From NCBI GenBank assembly GCA_963675755.2, contig CAXXMD010000001.1, positions 192,001 through 256,000 on the forward strand: a stretch of DNA of 64,000 nucleotides. The letters are read 5' to 3'. The notes under the pieces are model-generated. The model was not told where the DNA came from. It did not search any database and saw only the letters and a list, made by a program, of their open reading frames with translations. Source of the stretch: a bacterium. Lineage in GTDB: Bacteria; Zhuqueibacterota; Zhuqueibacteria; Residuimicrobiales; Krinioviventaceae. The position numbers were made by a program, and so were the translations under genes. Positions 51,805-63,500 of this stretch are shown here, piece by piece; the stretch's first letter is position 1, and every line of letters begins with the position of its first letter.

Positions 51805-52938
51805 TTGACTAATCATTCAGATTCCAGTGTTACCGAGACAGATTTACAATTTATGAAACGGGCCCTGATCCTTGCTGAACGTGGGCGGGGTATGGTGAGC
51901 CCGAATCCTATGGTTGGGGCATTGGTAGTTAAAGATGGCAAAGTCGTAGGTGAGGGGTATCATGAAAAGTTTGGACACGCACATGCTGAAGTAATTGCGC
52001 TTGATAATGCAGGTGACGATTCCATAGGCGCAACTTTGTATGTTACTCTGGAACCCTGTTCTCACCACGGAAAAACACCTCCCTGTACAGAAAAAATTTA
52101 TGAAGCAGGTATTTCCCGGGTAGTTGTGGGAATGTCTGACCCTAATCCCATTGTGAATGGCAAAGGTATTAATTTTTTACGTTCAAAAGGGATTTCTGTC
52201 ACTGAAAATGTATTGCAGGATAAATGCCTGGAATTGAATGAAGGTTATATTTTTTATATCACTCATAACCGTCCTTTAATTACCTTAAAGTTTGCACAAA
52301 CTTTGGATGGTAGAATAGCTACCAGTACAGGTCACTCTAAATGGATTACATCTGAAGAATCGCGCTCGCAGGCACACAAACTGCGTGCCCGTAACGATGC
52401 TATATTGGTGGGCATTGGTACTGTATTGATGGATGATCCCAGTTTGACCGTGCATCTGGCAAAAGGTCCCTCGCCAAAACGAATTATCCTCGACAGTCAA
52501 CTTCGTGTTCCTTTGGATGCCGGGATTTTTTCGGATTCCATGACCAACCAGACTATAATTATGACAACAGATTCTGCATCAAAAGAAAAGATCAGCAGAA
52601 TTGAGGAAAAAGGAGCTTTTGTTTTAATTCTGGACCCAGATGAAAGAGGTTGGGTGCCACAGGAAAAATTGTGGAATAAACTTGCTGAAATTGGCATTAC
52701 ATCAGTAGTTGTTGAAGGAGGCAGTTCTATTTTTACGGAATGTCTCAGACATGGGTTTGCTGACAAGTTTTTTTGTTTTATTGCACCCAAAATATTAGGC
52801 AGCGGAATTGATACCATTGGTGATTTGAATATCCGTAATATTAATTCGGCAATTCAATTAACCAATATTAAAGTTAAAAGATTAAAAACAGATTTCCTGA
52901 TAACTGGAGATTTTAAAGATTTGTATCCTCTCGGTTAA
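51805..52938 (+). CDS. ribD: Bifunctional riboflavin deaminase/reductase
   Basis: PNPMVG, HAE, LEPCSH.GKTPPC, LDGRIA...SKWIT, VEGG; exact start uncertain. Confidence 0.96.
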   Translation: MTNHSDSSVTETDLQFMKRALILAERGRGMVSPNPMVGALVVKDGKVVGEGYHEKFGHAHAEVIALDNAGDDSIGATLYVTLEPCSHHGKTPPCTEKIYEAGISRVVVGMSDPNPIVNGKGINFLRSKGISVTENVLQDKCLELNEGYIFYITHNRPLITLKFAQTLDGRIATSTGHSKWITSEESRSQAHKLRARNDAILVGIGTVLMDDPSLTVHLAKGPSPKRIILDSQLRVPLDAGIFSDSMTNQTIIMTTDSASKEKISRIEEKGAFVLILDPDERGWVPQEKLWNKLAEIGITSVVVEGGSSIFTECLRHGFADKFFCFIAPKILGSGIDTIGDLNIRNINSAIQLTNIKVKRLKTDFLITGDFKDLYPLG

Positions 52939-52940
52939 AA

Positions 52941-53582
52941 ATGTTTACCGGTTTAATTGAAGAAATTGGTCAAATACGATCCATTGAAAATTTTGGTGAT
53001 GGATCCAGACTACATATAAATGCAACAAAAATCCTTGATGATATCAATCTGGGTGACAGTATAGCTGTAAATGGCGTCTGTTTAACAGTTGTATCCCACT
53101 CTGATAATTCGTTCAGTGTTGAAGCTGTAAAAGAAACCATGACACGTTCAGCACTATCTGAGTTAAAAATCCATCAAAATGTCAATCTGGAACGTGCATT
53201 AAAAGCTAACAGTCGTTTAGGTGGCCATTTTGTTCAAGGTCATGTTGATGGGATTGGTACGGTTTTGGCTATGGATAAACAGGATCCTGGTTATTTGTTA
53301 AAAATAAAATTACCAGCTGACCTGTCCAGGTTTTTGGTTGAAAAAGGATCAATCGCAATTAATGGCATCAGTTTGACCCTGGCATCTGTAGATAATGACC
53401 GTATCTCTTTGGCAATCATTCCACATACGGTGCAGGCAACAACATTACATGCACTCAAAAGTGGAGATTCAGTCAATATTGAAGTTGATGTGCTAGGTAA
53501 ATATATATATAAAATGGTTGGGCCGTTTGCCCAACAAAGTGGTATTACACTTGAAAAATTAAAAGATTTTGGATTTGATTAA
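52941..53582 (+). CDS. ribE: Riboflavin synthase
   Basis: MFTGL, NGVCLT, GGHFVQGHVD, KGSIAINGISLT, IPHT. Confidence 0.96.
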   Translation: MFTGLIEEIGQIRSIENFGDGSRLHINATKILDDINLGDSIAVNGVCLTVVSHSDNSFSVEAVKETMTRSALSELKIHQNVNLERALKANSRLGGHFVQGHVDGIGTVLAMDKQDPGYLLKIKLPADLSRFLVEKGSIAINGISLTLASVDNDRISLAIIPHTVQATTLHALKSGDSVNIEVDVLGKYIYKMVGPFAQQSGITLEKLKDFGFD

Positions 53583-53596
53583 CAACAAGAGGCATT

Positions 53597-54814
53597 GTGA
53601 CTAGAGAAATAAAATTTAATACAATACCGGAAGCGATTGAAGCGTTAAAGCGGGGCGAGATTATTATTGTTTCTGATGATGAAGATCGTGAGAATGAGGG
53701 TGATTTTATTATGCTGGCGGACAAGGTCCGTCCTGAAGATATTAATTTTATGGTTACCCATGGCAGGGGACTTGTTTGTGTAGCAATGCCAGGGCAACGT
53801 TTGGAAGAACTTGATATACATTTAATGGTTGGTAGAAATACCGCATTACTTGGAACCAATTTTACTGTTTCAGTGGATTGTATGCATGGCATAGCTACCG
53901 GTATTTCTGCTTATGATCGTGCTACTACAATAAAAAAACTTATTGATCCTGAAGCACAACCCTCTGATTTTGCAAAACCGGGACATATTTTCCCAATTGC
54001 TGCAGAAGAAGGCGGTGTATTGAAACGTGCCGGTCATACTGAAGCTGTTGTCGATTTGGCTAATCTTGCAGGTGCTACTCCTGCTGGTGTTTTGTGCGAA
54101 ATTATGGAAGAAAATGGAGAGATGGCCCGTGTACCCTCTCTTATGAAAATTGCTAAAAAGTTTAATCTCTGTATAGTTTCTGTACGTGAGCTTATACATT
54201 ACCGCCATAAAAATGAAGTTTTGGTTGAAAAAATTGCATCAGCTGAATTTCCTACAAAATTTGGTCATTTTACATTGCATGCTTTTAAAAGCCAGTTAGA
54301 GACTGAAGAACATTTGGCAATTGTTAAAGGTGATGTCAATACAGATGATCCCATACTTGTACGTGTACATTCTCAGTGTCTGACTGGAGATATTTTGGGA
54401 TCAATGCGTTGCGATTGTGGAGATCAACTGCAAACAGCATTAAATGCAATTGAAGAAGAAGGCCGTGGTGTTGTTTTGTATATGAGACAAGAAGGCCGTG
54501 GTATTGGGCTGGGTAATAAAATTAAAGCCTATCATTTACAAGACAAGGGCAAAGATACGGTAGAAGCTAATCTTGAATTGGGCTTTAAAGCCGATTTACG
54601 TGATTATGGTATTGGAGCTCAGATTTTATTCGAACTTGGAATTCGCAATATAAAACTGTTGACCAATAATCCCAAAAAAATTGTAGGATTGGAAGGATAT
54701 GGCCTCAAGGTAGTTGAGCGTATTCCTATTGAAATACAAGCCAATGATGTAAATTCATGTTATCTGACAACCAAGCGAGACAAGCTTGGTCATATGATAA
54801 TGAACGATAAATAA
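53597..54814 (+). CDS. ribBA: DHBP synthase / GTP cyclohydrolase II
   Basis: DDEDRENEGD, PGHIFP, RAGHTE, RVHSQC.TGD...CDC, QEGRGIG, LTNNP.K. Confidence 0.97.
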   Translation: MTREIKFNTIPEAIEALKRGEIIIVSDDEDRENEGDFIMLADKVRPEDINFMVTHGRGLVCVAMPGQRLEELDIHLMVGRNTALLGTNFTVSVDCMHGIATGISAYDRATTIKKLIDPEAQPSDFAKPGHIFPIAAEEGGVLKRAGHTEAVVDLANLAGATPAGVLCEIMEENGEMARVPSLMKIAKKFNLCIVSVRELIHYRHKNEVLVEKIASAEFPTKFGHFTLHAFKSQLETEEHLAIVKGDVNTDDPILVRVHSQCLTGDILGSMRCDCGDQLQTALNAIEEEGRGVVLYMRQEGRGIGLGNKIKAYHLQDKGKDTVEANLELGFKADLRDYGIGAQILFELGIRNIKLLTNNPKKIVGLEGYGLKVVERIPIEIQANDVNSCYLTTKRDKLGHMIMNDK

Positions 54815-54844
54815 GAAATTCATATAAATTATACAGGTGTAAAA

Positions 54845-55312
54845 ATGCCCAATATTTTAGAAGGACAATTATCGGCAAAAAATAAAAAATTTGCCATTGT
54901 TGTGAGTCGGTTTAATGAACTGATTTGCCGTAAACTTTTGGACGGAGCACTGGACTGTATCTCTCGTCATGATGGAGACCTTGGTAAAGTTGACATCGCC
55001 TGGGTACCTGGTTCATTTGAAATACCGGTTGCTACTAAAAAATTTGCTGATTCCAAAAAGTATGATGCCATTATATGCCTGGGTGCAGTGATTCGAGGTG
55101 CTACACCACATTTTGAATATATCTCCGCCGAAGTGACCAAAGGTATTGCACAGGTTAGTCTGGAATATGGCGTACCGGTTTCTTATGGTGTAATAACTCC
55201 GGATACACTTGAACAGGCACTTGAGCGTGCCGGAACCAAATCTGGTAACAAAGGGTGGGATGCCGCCATGAGTGCCATTGAAATGGCAGACTTGTTCACC
55301 AAAATGGCTTAA
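54845..55312 (+). CDS. ribH: Lumazine synthase
   Basis: [28 protein letters not shown]. Confidence 0.97.
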   Translation: MPNILEGQLSAKNKKFAIVVSRFNELICRKLLDGALDCISRHDGDLGKVDIAWVPGSFEIPVATKKFADSKKYDAIICLGAVIRGATPHFEYISAEVTKGIAQVSLEYGVPVSYGVITPDTLEQALERAGTKSGNKGWDAAMSAIEMADLFTKMA

Positions 55313-55335
55313 TTTAATTCAGTTTTTACATTTTC

Positions 55336-55369
55336 GGGTGATAATTATTAAATTGTCACCCATTTCTTT
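55336..55369 (+). terminator. Terminator of the rib operon
   Basis: GGGTGATAATT-atta-AATTGTCACCC + ATTTCTTT. Confidence 0.65.
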
Positions 55370-55457
55370 ATATTGCTGTGAATAACGGGAACCCGTATAT
55401 TGTTCATAGAGTTTGATATACTAAACGAATTCAACCTGCAATAAGATTGGTTTATCT

Positions 55458-57617
55458 ATGAAAAAAAATATTCTAGTATGTTTGATGATTTTTGTCTCTG
55501 CAATATCTGGTTTTGCTGATGTTTCAGATTGGACAACTTTTACAAATGCCGATGATGTACGGGACTTTGTTATTGTTAATAACACATTGTGGAATGCAAC
55601 AAATGGTGGTCTTTTAACGCTGGACCTGGATACATTTGAATTTTCAAAATATACTAATATTGATGGATTAAAAGATATTCTCTTGTCAACGGTTACAGTT
55701 GATAAATATAATAATATCTGGGTAGCCATGGAAGATGGCACCATTCAGCGGTTTGATCCTGATTCTAATACCTGGGATATGATCTCTGATTACGAAGGAT
55801 ATACGGTAAATGATCTTTATGCAATTGGTGATTCTGTTTTCGTTGGTTTAAATATTGGTATAAGCCTGTTTGATTCATATCGCTGGGAAGTAAAAGAAAC
55901 ATATAAAATTGGTGATGTTAATAATCTCACTATTGTCAATAATACTATTTGGGCTGCAACCTCTTTGGGAGTAAAAACTGCAAACCTGGATTTTCCTAAT
56001 CTTATAGCGCCCAGTGCCTGGACAACCTATACGGCCTCTCATGGACTTCCTGATAATAATGTTATGGTCGTTCATGGCGTAGGTGATGTGATTTATGCCG
56101 GGACAGAAAACGGTCTTGCTGCTTTTCAGAATGGTGTGTGGGGAAACATTGCTTTTGCTGATGTTGAAGTCAAGGCTATTTGTGACTGGAACGATACCGT
56201 ATTATTATCAACTGTATCTGCAATTTATTATTTAAATGAAAATATCTGGACCCAACTTGCGGGTTACAGCAATATCACTCATCTTTGCTCGGAATCTAAC
56301 GGACATATTTGGGCCAGTCAGGGAGACAATGGTCTGTATACGTATGATGGAAGCAATTGGACACATCATATCCCCAATGGCCCATCTACCAATAATTTTG
56401 CTTCACTGGCTGTTGATAAAACGGGCAACTTGTGGACAGCTTCTGCTAGTGATGGAATTTCCATGTTTAATGGTACCGAGTGGTTTAATTATTCAACCCG
56501 TGATGGGTATTTAAATTCCAATGATTTTAGAGATCTTGAAGTTGACAATCAAAACAGAGTTTGGGCTGCAAGTTATGGTGGTGGTGTAACAGTCTTTACT
56601 CCTAACGGAGATGATACGTTTGATTTAACATTGTTTTATACAGATCACTTGTCAGGGAGTTCCGGAAGCCCCAATTATGTACCCACTCATGGTGTAAAAT
56701 TGGATGATCAGGGTAACATGTGGATTTTGAATTATGCTGCAGCCAGTAACAATCCGGTAGCCGTTGTGGATTCTACTTTTGAGCATTGGCAGTATTTTTC
56801 AGTATCGGACGGTATCAGAGCAAAGGACCTTGTTACCATGGAGTTTGATCAGTACGGACGGAAATGGTTCGGCTCTACAAGCGGTGGAGTATACGTTTTG
56901 AATGACAATAATACCCCGTTTGATAAATCTGATGATCAGCTTGAGGGAACTTTGTCCAGCGTTGATGGATTAGCGAGTAATAATATAACATCATTACTAA
57001 TGGACCTTGATTATATCATGTACATTGGTACCCCTGAAGGTTTAAATACCTATTTTTCAGGAGAATTGAGTGAGTATCTTGATAATCGTGTTGTTAACAG
57101 TACCATCAATACAATTATGTTAGATGGTGTTAACAATAAATGGGTTGGAACAAGTGGCGGTTTGAGTATGCTGCATTCTGACGGATTTGATACTACGCAT
57201 TATGTTTCAGAGACTCATCCATTGGTGTCAGATAATGTGACCAGCCTTGCATTTAATGAAGATACGGGAGAATTATTTATTGGTACTACTAATGGTCTCT
57301 CTCGGTTTGTTACACCCTATACACGTCCTCAGGAAACGTTAAATTTAGTAAAAGGATATCCTAATCCATTTGTGCTTGAATCCGCCATATCTCGATTTTA
57401 TATCGATAATTTGGGCAGAGAATCTCAGGTGCGTATTTTTACTGCTGAAGGTTTTTTTGTAACCCAGTTAACTGACAGTCAGGTAATGGGTTCACGTGCA
57501 GTTTGGGATGGTAAAAATGACCGAGGAGAATGGGTTTCCAGTGGAGTGTATCTATATCAAATAATCACCCAAGATGGTGATACAAGTGTGGGTAAGGTGG
57601 CTGTAGTTCATCCTTAA
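55458..57617 (+). CDS. PorZ-like double beta-propeller protein with a T9SS-type C-terminal domain
   Basis: Signal peptide; many D..G.IW.GT..GL propeller repeats; C-terminal YPNPF...IFT..G...WDG.N..G..V.SGVY...GKVAVV. Confidence 0.75.
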   Translation: MKKNILVCLMIFVSAISGFADVSDWTTFTNADDVRDFVIVNNTLWNATNGGLLTLDLDTFEFSKYTNIDGLKDILLSTVTVDKYNNIWVAMEDGTIQRFDPDSNTWDMISDYEGYTVNDLYAIGDSVFVGLNIGISLFDSYRWEVKETYKIGDVNNLTIVNNTIWAATSLGVKTANLDFPNLIAPSAWTTYTASHGLPDNNVMVVHGVGDVIYAGTENGLAAFQNGVWGNIAFADVEVKAICDWNDTVLLSTVSAIYYLNENIWTQLAGYSNITHLCSESNGHIWASQGDNGLYTYDGSNWTHHIPNGPSTNNFASLAVDKTGNLWTASASDGISMFNGTEWFNYSTRDGYLNSNDFRDLEVDNQNRVWAASYGGGVTVFTPNGDDTFDLTLFYTDHLSGSSGSPNYVPTHGVKLDDQGNMWILNYAAASNNPVAVVDSTFEHWQYFSVSDGIRAKDLVTMEFDQYGRKWFGSTSGGVYVLNDNNTPFDKSDDQLEGTLSSVDGLASNNITSLLMDLDYIMYIGTPEGLNTYFSGELSEYLDNRVVNSTINTIMLDGVNNKWVGTSGGLSMLHSDGFDTTHYVSETHPLVSDNVTSLAFNEDTGELFIGTTNGLSRFVTPYTRPQETLNLVKGYPNPFVLESAISRFYIDNLGRESQVRIFTAEGFFVTQLTDSQVMGSRAVWDGKNDRGEWVSSGVYLYQIITQDGDTSVGKVAVVHP

Positions 57618-57700
57618 ATTTTATATTTTTATTTTTCTATTTGTATTGTTCAAAATCTTGCTTATTTTTTATCTGTTTATTACAGATTAGTTGAATTAAT

Positions 57701-59428
57701 ATGCTTAAAACATTATATATAAAAAATTTTGCCCTTGTAGATCAGTTAAAAGTAGATTTTAATACCGGTCTTAATATAATTACAGGAGAGACTGGTACTG
57801 GTAAATCTATTATAATTGGTGCATTGGGTATTATTCTGGGTGAGAAATTCAAGATCGATACTCTGCGGCATGGTGCAGATAAATCTGTACTGGAAGCAGA
57901 GTTTGAAATAGAAAATGCACCTGAATTGTTTGAATATTTGAATGAACAGGATGTTGATTCGGATGGAAACTATATTATTATTCGCCGGGAATTAAACGAA
58001 TCCGGACGTAGTAGAAGTTTTGTAAACGACACCCCTGTTTCAATGCCCATACTGGAGCATGTTGGCAATTTGCTGGTTGATTTACATGGTCAGCACCAAC
58101 ATCAGTTGTTATTACAGAGTTTTAGACATATTTCCTACCTTGATGAGTTTGCCAATATTTCAGAAAAGGTAGATGAATATAAAACAATCTATACAGGATA
58201 TTTGGAACTAAAAAAACAACTGGATGATATTGTAACTCGTGAAAAAGAAATCAAGCAGGCCAGTCAGATGTACGAGTTTCAATTGAACGAGATTAATACT
58301 GTTGATCCACAGCCGGAAGAGTTGGACGAGGCTGTCAAAGAAGAGCGGATTTTAAAAAATTCAGAAAAGCTTTATGATATAACTCATGCATTGTTCCGGC
58401 AATTGTATGAAGAAAAAGGTTCTGTTACTGAAATTTTGAGTTCTGCAAAAATTAAGTTGGATTCTCTAATACCTATTGATGAATCATTTGGAAATTTAAA
58501 AGAAGAATGTGAAAATGCGTCAATAATCATCCAGGAACTTGCAAATTCCCTGAGTGATTATAATAGTAAAATCCAATTTGATCCGGATCGCCTGGAAACA
58601 TTGCGTCAGCGAATTTCAGTTTTGAACGGTTTGTTGAAAAAGTATGGTGGCACGATTGATGCAGTTCTGGAGCACAAAGCACATTTGCAAAATGAACTGA
58701 ACCGTATTGATAATCTTGATGAAGAGATAGCTCATATTCGCAAGCAGGCTGATACTGCTTTAACTCAATTAAAAAATAAAGGGTTAGAGCTTTCAAAAAT
58801 CAGAAAAGAATTTGCAAAAAAATTAAGCGACTCTGTCACCAACGAATTGGCTTCTTTGGGCATGTCCAAATCAAGATTCGATGTATCAGTTCGTTACAAT
58901 GATTCGGGTAATGATAACAATATTTCTATTGATGGTAAGGATGTCAAAGTTTCCCAAAAAGGTCTCGATCGGGTAGAGTTTTTGATTTCTGCTAATCCCG
59001 GAGAAGCATTAAAACCCTTAACTATGGTTGCATCCGGTGGTGAGATATCCAGAATTATGCTTGCATTAAAGTCTTTATTAGCAAAAGCGGATCATGTTCC
59101 GGTTTTGATCTTTGATGAGATTGATATTGGTATTTCCGGAAGAATTGCACAGGCTGTTGGGAAAAGTATGAAAAAACTTGCCCATTCGCATCAGATCTTG
59201 TGTATTACCCATTTACCCCAAATTGCAAGTTTGGGCGACTATCACTATCTGGTTGAAAAAAATCAAGATGATCATTCAACGCAAACTTCAATACGAATTC
59301 TTGAAAAGTCTGAAAGAGTTGAGCACATTGCCCGATTGATTGGCGGCGATACCTTATCTGATGCGCATTTGCAAAGTGCTGCAGAATTGTTGAATGAATC
59401 TGAATCAAGTAAGACAAAAATTTTATAG
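57701..59428 (+). CDS. recN: DNA repair protein RecN
   Basis: ITGETGTGKS, DLHGQH, ASGGEISR, FDEID.GISG, ITHLPQ. Confidence 0.97.
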   Translation: MLKTLYIKNFALVDQLKVDFNTGLNIITGETGTGKSIIIGALGIILGEKFKIDTLRHGADKSVLEAEFEIENAPELFEYLNEQDVDSDGNYIIIRRELNESGRSRSFVNDTPVSMPILEHVGNLLVDLHGQHQHQLLLQSFRHISYLDEFANISEKVDEYKTIYTGYLELKKQLDDIVTREKEIKQASQMYEFQLNEINTVDPQPEELDEAVKEERILKNSEKLYDITHALFRQLYEEKGSVTEILSSAKIKLDSLIPIDESFGNLKEECENASIIIQELANSLSDYNSKIQFDPDRLETLRQRISVLNGLLKKYGGTIDAVLEHKAHLQNELNRIDNLDEEIAHIRKQADTALTQLKNKGLELSKIRKEFAKKLSDSVTNELASLGMSKSRFDVSVRYNDSGNDNNISIDGKDVKVSQKGLDRVEFLISANPGEALKPLTMVASGGEISRIMLALKSLLAKADHVPVLIFDEIDIGISGRIAQAVGKSMKKLAHSHQILCITHLPQIASLGDYHYLVEKNQDDHSTQTSIRILEKSERVEHIARLIGGDTLSDAHLQSAAELLNESESSKTKIL

Positions 59429-59439
59429 GAGAGGGGCTC

Positions 59440-60423
59440 ATGTCTGTTTTTAAAATTAAATCACTAGGGATATTGACTTTGACGTTAATGCTCTGTTTGT
59501 TTTGGGGATGTGCATCTCAACATGCATCCATAATGGAAGATGAATTTGACTCTGAAAGTGATATTGATGCAGAGCTTGAAGATCTGTTTGATTTAAACGA
59601 TATGAGTGTTGCAGAAAGTAACAATGAATTGAACACCAGTGATGACTTTTTAACCAGACTGGAATCTGATGCTCCTTTTCAACAAGCAGAAGAAGAACCT
59701 TTTACTCCTGTTGCTCAAAGTCAATCTGAAGAAGAATCTTTGCAAGAAGTTTTGGCACTGTTGCTAGATGACGATGAGGAAGAAGATCCCTTTCCTACAA
59801 CTATGGATTCATTTAATTCAATGGAGACGTTTACTCCTGCTGAACAGTCTGAATCAGAAACTACGGGATTGGAATCTTATGCGCTTGAAAATGATGTGTT
59901 GAGACTGGAAGACGAACTTGAAAATAAAAATCAGGAAGCCGAAAGATTACGTCGACTGATTGATGAAAAAAATAAACGAATTGAACAATTGGAACATAAT
60001 GGCACCCCTGCACAAACCCGTGCTCAACCCCGTTCTTCTGTTGTTGTAAATACCAGTCAGTTTTCAGAAGGCTATGCTTCTGCACGTTCTTTATTTGAGA
60101 GTTTTAAATATTCTGACGCGCTTTCAGCTTTTACCAGTTTGCTGGAATCTCAACCCAATCATTATATGGCTGACAATTGTCAGTATTGGATTGGTGAATG
60201 TTATTTTGGTCTCAAACAATATGACCAGGCAGTAGCCGCGTTTGAAAAGGTTTTTACGTTCAGTAGAAAAGATAAATATGACGATGCACAAATGATGATT
60301 GCGTTGTCTTATATTCGTAGTGGTCAACGAGATATGGCAAAGCAGGCTTTTGATAAACTGTTCAATGATTATCCTGATAGTGAATATACATCACGTGCCC
60401 GTAAAATGTACCAAAATTTATAA
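59440..60423 (+). CDS. CpoB/YbgF-like lipoprotein (acidic region, coiled coil, TPR)
   Basis: Lipobox FWGC; coiled coil; YbgF-type TPR ADN.QYWIGECY...YP.S. Confidence 0.75.
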   Translation: MSVFKIKSLGILTLTLMLCLFWGCASQHASIMEDEFDSESDIDAELEDLFDLNDMSVAESNNELNTSDDFLTRLESDAPFQQAEEEPFTPVAQSQSEEESLQEVLALLLDDDEEEDPFPTTMDSFNSMETFTPAEQSESETTGLESYALENDVLRLEDELENKNQEAERLRRLIDEKNKRIEQLEHNGTPAQTRAQPRSSVVVNTSQFSEGYASARSLFESFKYSDALSAFTSLLESQPNHYMADNCQYWIGECYFGLKQYDQAVAAFEKVFTFSRKDKYDDAQMMIALSYIRSGQRDMAKQAFDKLFNDYPDSEYTSRARKMYQNL

Positions 60424-60538
60424 AAACTTTTTTTCTTCGAAATGAATTCTTGCGGGGTCATGTTGTAAAATATGACCCTGAAATTGTTTTTACAATTTCC
60501 CACCTTGAATATCTGAAATAAAATTCTGAGAGGTTCTA

Positions 60539-63500
60539 GTGTCCGAATTTATACATTTGCATAATCATACGCATTTTAGCCTGCTTGATGGCGCATGTCG
60601 TATTGAAGATATGGTAACACAAGCGCTTGAATATAATATGAATTCACTTGCCATTACGGACCATGGTTGTCTGTTTGGCGCTGTCGAGTTTTATCAAAAG
60701 TGTACGGCTCGTGAAGTAAAGCCTATTATCGGGTGCGAAGTGTATCTTGCTCCCGGTAGTCGGTTTGATAAAAAGGCTAATGATAAAACAGGTACCGCAT
60801 ATCATCTGGTTTTATTGAGCAAAAATGAAACCGGATATAAAAATTTAATGAAGCTGGTATCTATGGGGTACCTTGAAGGATTTTATTATAAGCCCAGAAT
60901 CGACTGGGAGATCCTCAAGCAATATTCTGAGGGTTTGGTAGCTCTTAGTGCGTGTTTAAAAGGTGAAGTCTCTCAGGCAATATTGAAAAAGGGTAAATCT
61001 GACGCTTTAGATGTAATTGAAAAATACAAAAACACCTTTGGTGATGATTTTTATCTTGAAGTTCAAAATCATGGTATACCGGAAGAGGATACCGTGAGAG
61101 AAAATATTATTCAAATCGCCAGTGAAAATGATCTCAAAGTTGTTGCTACAAACGATATCCACTATCTAAAAAAAGAACATCACGAAGCACACGATGTTTT
61201 GTTATGTTTGCAAACCGGTAAGGATTTTGATGATCCTAACCGTATGAAGTATTCAACCCACGAGCTTTATTTTAAAAGCCCTAAAGAAATGGCTCAAATG
61301 TTTCCCGGGCACCCCGAGCTGCTTGAAAATTCACTTGAAATCGCTGAAAAATGCAACATGACCATGAACTTTAAAGAGTATCTCATTCCTGATTTCGAGA
61401 TACCTCCTGATGATGGTTCAAAAGATTTAGGGGAATACCTTCGTAAACTTTCATTTGAGGGATTAAAAGAAAGATATGATGAAATAACACCCGAATTGAC
61501 TGAACGTCTTGATATGGAATTGGATATTATTATATCAATGGGATATGCAGGATATTTTCTTATTACCTGGGACTTTATCCGCTATGCAAGAGAAAATGAT
61601 ATACCTGTTGGTCCCGGACGTGGATCTGCTGCAGGTAGTTTGATCTCTTATTGTTTACATATCACAAACCTAGATCCCATGAGATATAATCTGATTTTTG
61701 AAAGGTTTTTGAATCCCGAACGTGTCAGCATGCCTGATATTGATATTGACTTTTGTTATGAACGCCGCGAAGAAGTAATTGATTATGTAAAAGAAAAGTA
61801 TGGTTATAATAATGTTTGCCAGATTATAACATTTGGTACAATGGCAGCTCGTGGAGTAATTCGTGATGTTGGCCGTGTTCTGAAAATGAGTTATGGTGAA
61901 GTAGACAAGATAGCCAAACTGGTTCCCACTCAAATCAACATAAAGCTGGCAAAAGCAATGGAGCAGGTTCAGGAGCTGCGAGAGTTGGAAAACAAAGACG
62001 CGCAGCATAAACGTTTGTTCCAGTTTTCACGGGTTCTGGAAGGTCTTGCACGTCATGCATCCACTCACGCTGCGGGCGTTGTAATTGCTCCACAGGAATT
62101 GACCAATTATGTGCCCTTGTATAAAACCAAAGATGGTGATGTTACTACCCAATATGAAATGAAGGTATTGGATGATGTGGGCTTGTTAAAAATGGACTTT
62201 TTGGGTTTGCGTACACTTACGGTTATTCAAAAAGCGGTTGACTCTTTAAAAGAGAAAAACATCCATATTGATATTGATCATATAGATATTCATGATAGTA
62301 AAGTTTACGAGTTGTTTGCCCGCGGTGAAACCGTTGGCGTGTTCCAGTTTGAATCTTCAGGTATGCAGGAATATCTCAAAAAACTACAGCCGGAATGTCT
62401 TGAAGATTTAATTGCTATGAACTCTTTGTATCGTCCGGGTCCTATGGATTTTATTGATGATTTTATCAGAGGTAAAAAGGACAATACCAAAGTTAAATAT
62501 ATTCACCCCATACTTGAAGATATTCTCAAAGAGACCTATGGTATTGCAGTATACCAGGAACAGGTTATGAAAATGGCAAGTGTGGTGGGTGGTTTTACCC
62601 TGGGTGGTTCTGATATTCTTCGCCGTGCTATGGGTAAAAAGAAAGTCGACGTAATGCAGGCCAAACGTGTGGAATTTGTTGAAGGTGCTGCAGAACGTGG
62701 TGTGTCCGAAAAGCAAGCCAATGAAATCTTTGACATGATGGAAAAGTTTGCCGGGTACGGTTTTAACAAGTCGCATGCGGCTTGTTATTCTCTGGTTGCG
62801 TTTCAAACTGCATTTTTGAAAACCCATTATCCTGCCGAATTTATGGCAGCAACCATAAGTAGTGAAATGGGCAGCTCTAACAGGGTTACCATTCTTTTGG
62901 AAGAATGCCGTAGAATGGGATTAAATGTTTTACCACCGGATGTGAATGAAAGTTTTTCTGATTTCAAGGTGATAGGGGATGAGATTCGTTTCGGATTAGG
63001 AGCGGTTAAAAATGTAGGTTTGGGAGCAATAAAAGCAATTGTTAAAGCCAGAGAAGAAAACGGAAGTTTTCAAACCATTTTTGAGCTGTGTCAGCGTGTA
63101 GATAAATCTACAGTGAATCGTAAGGCGCTTGAAAGTCTTGTGCTTGCCGGTGCTATGGATTCCCTGGATGGTACACGTGCCCAGCTTTTTGATGCTATTG
63201 ATACTGCTGTTGATTTTGCACAAAAAACACAGGCAGACAGTAATAGTAATCAGGCATCCATATTTGATATGGAAACAACTGAAATGGCAATTGCTGAACC
63301 TCTGTTAAATGATGTTGATGAATGGTCACAGACCGATGTGCTCAACAAGGAAAAAGAGATCCTTGGGTTTTATCTTTCAGGTCACCCGCTTGATAAATTC
63401 AGAGAAGAAGTCTATACCTATTCCACAGTTACCATCGATTCTGTAAGTGAACTAAAAGATGGATCAAGTGTGCGGTTATGTGGTATTATTACCGATTTAA

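Noticed and set aside
60453-60498. Two hairpins before dnaE (12-bp stem with GTAA loop, then AAATTGT/ACAATTT)
   Set aside because: No U tract directly after the main stem and no alternative fold seen; probably a stabilising or processing stem, so not called as a terminator or riboswitch.
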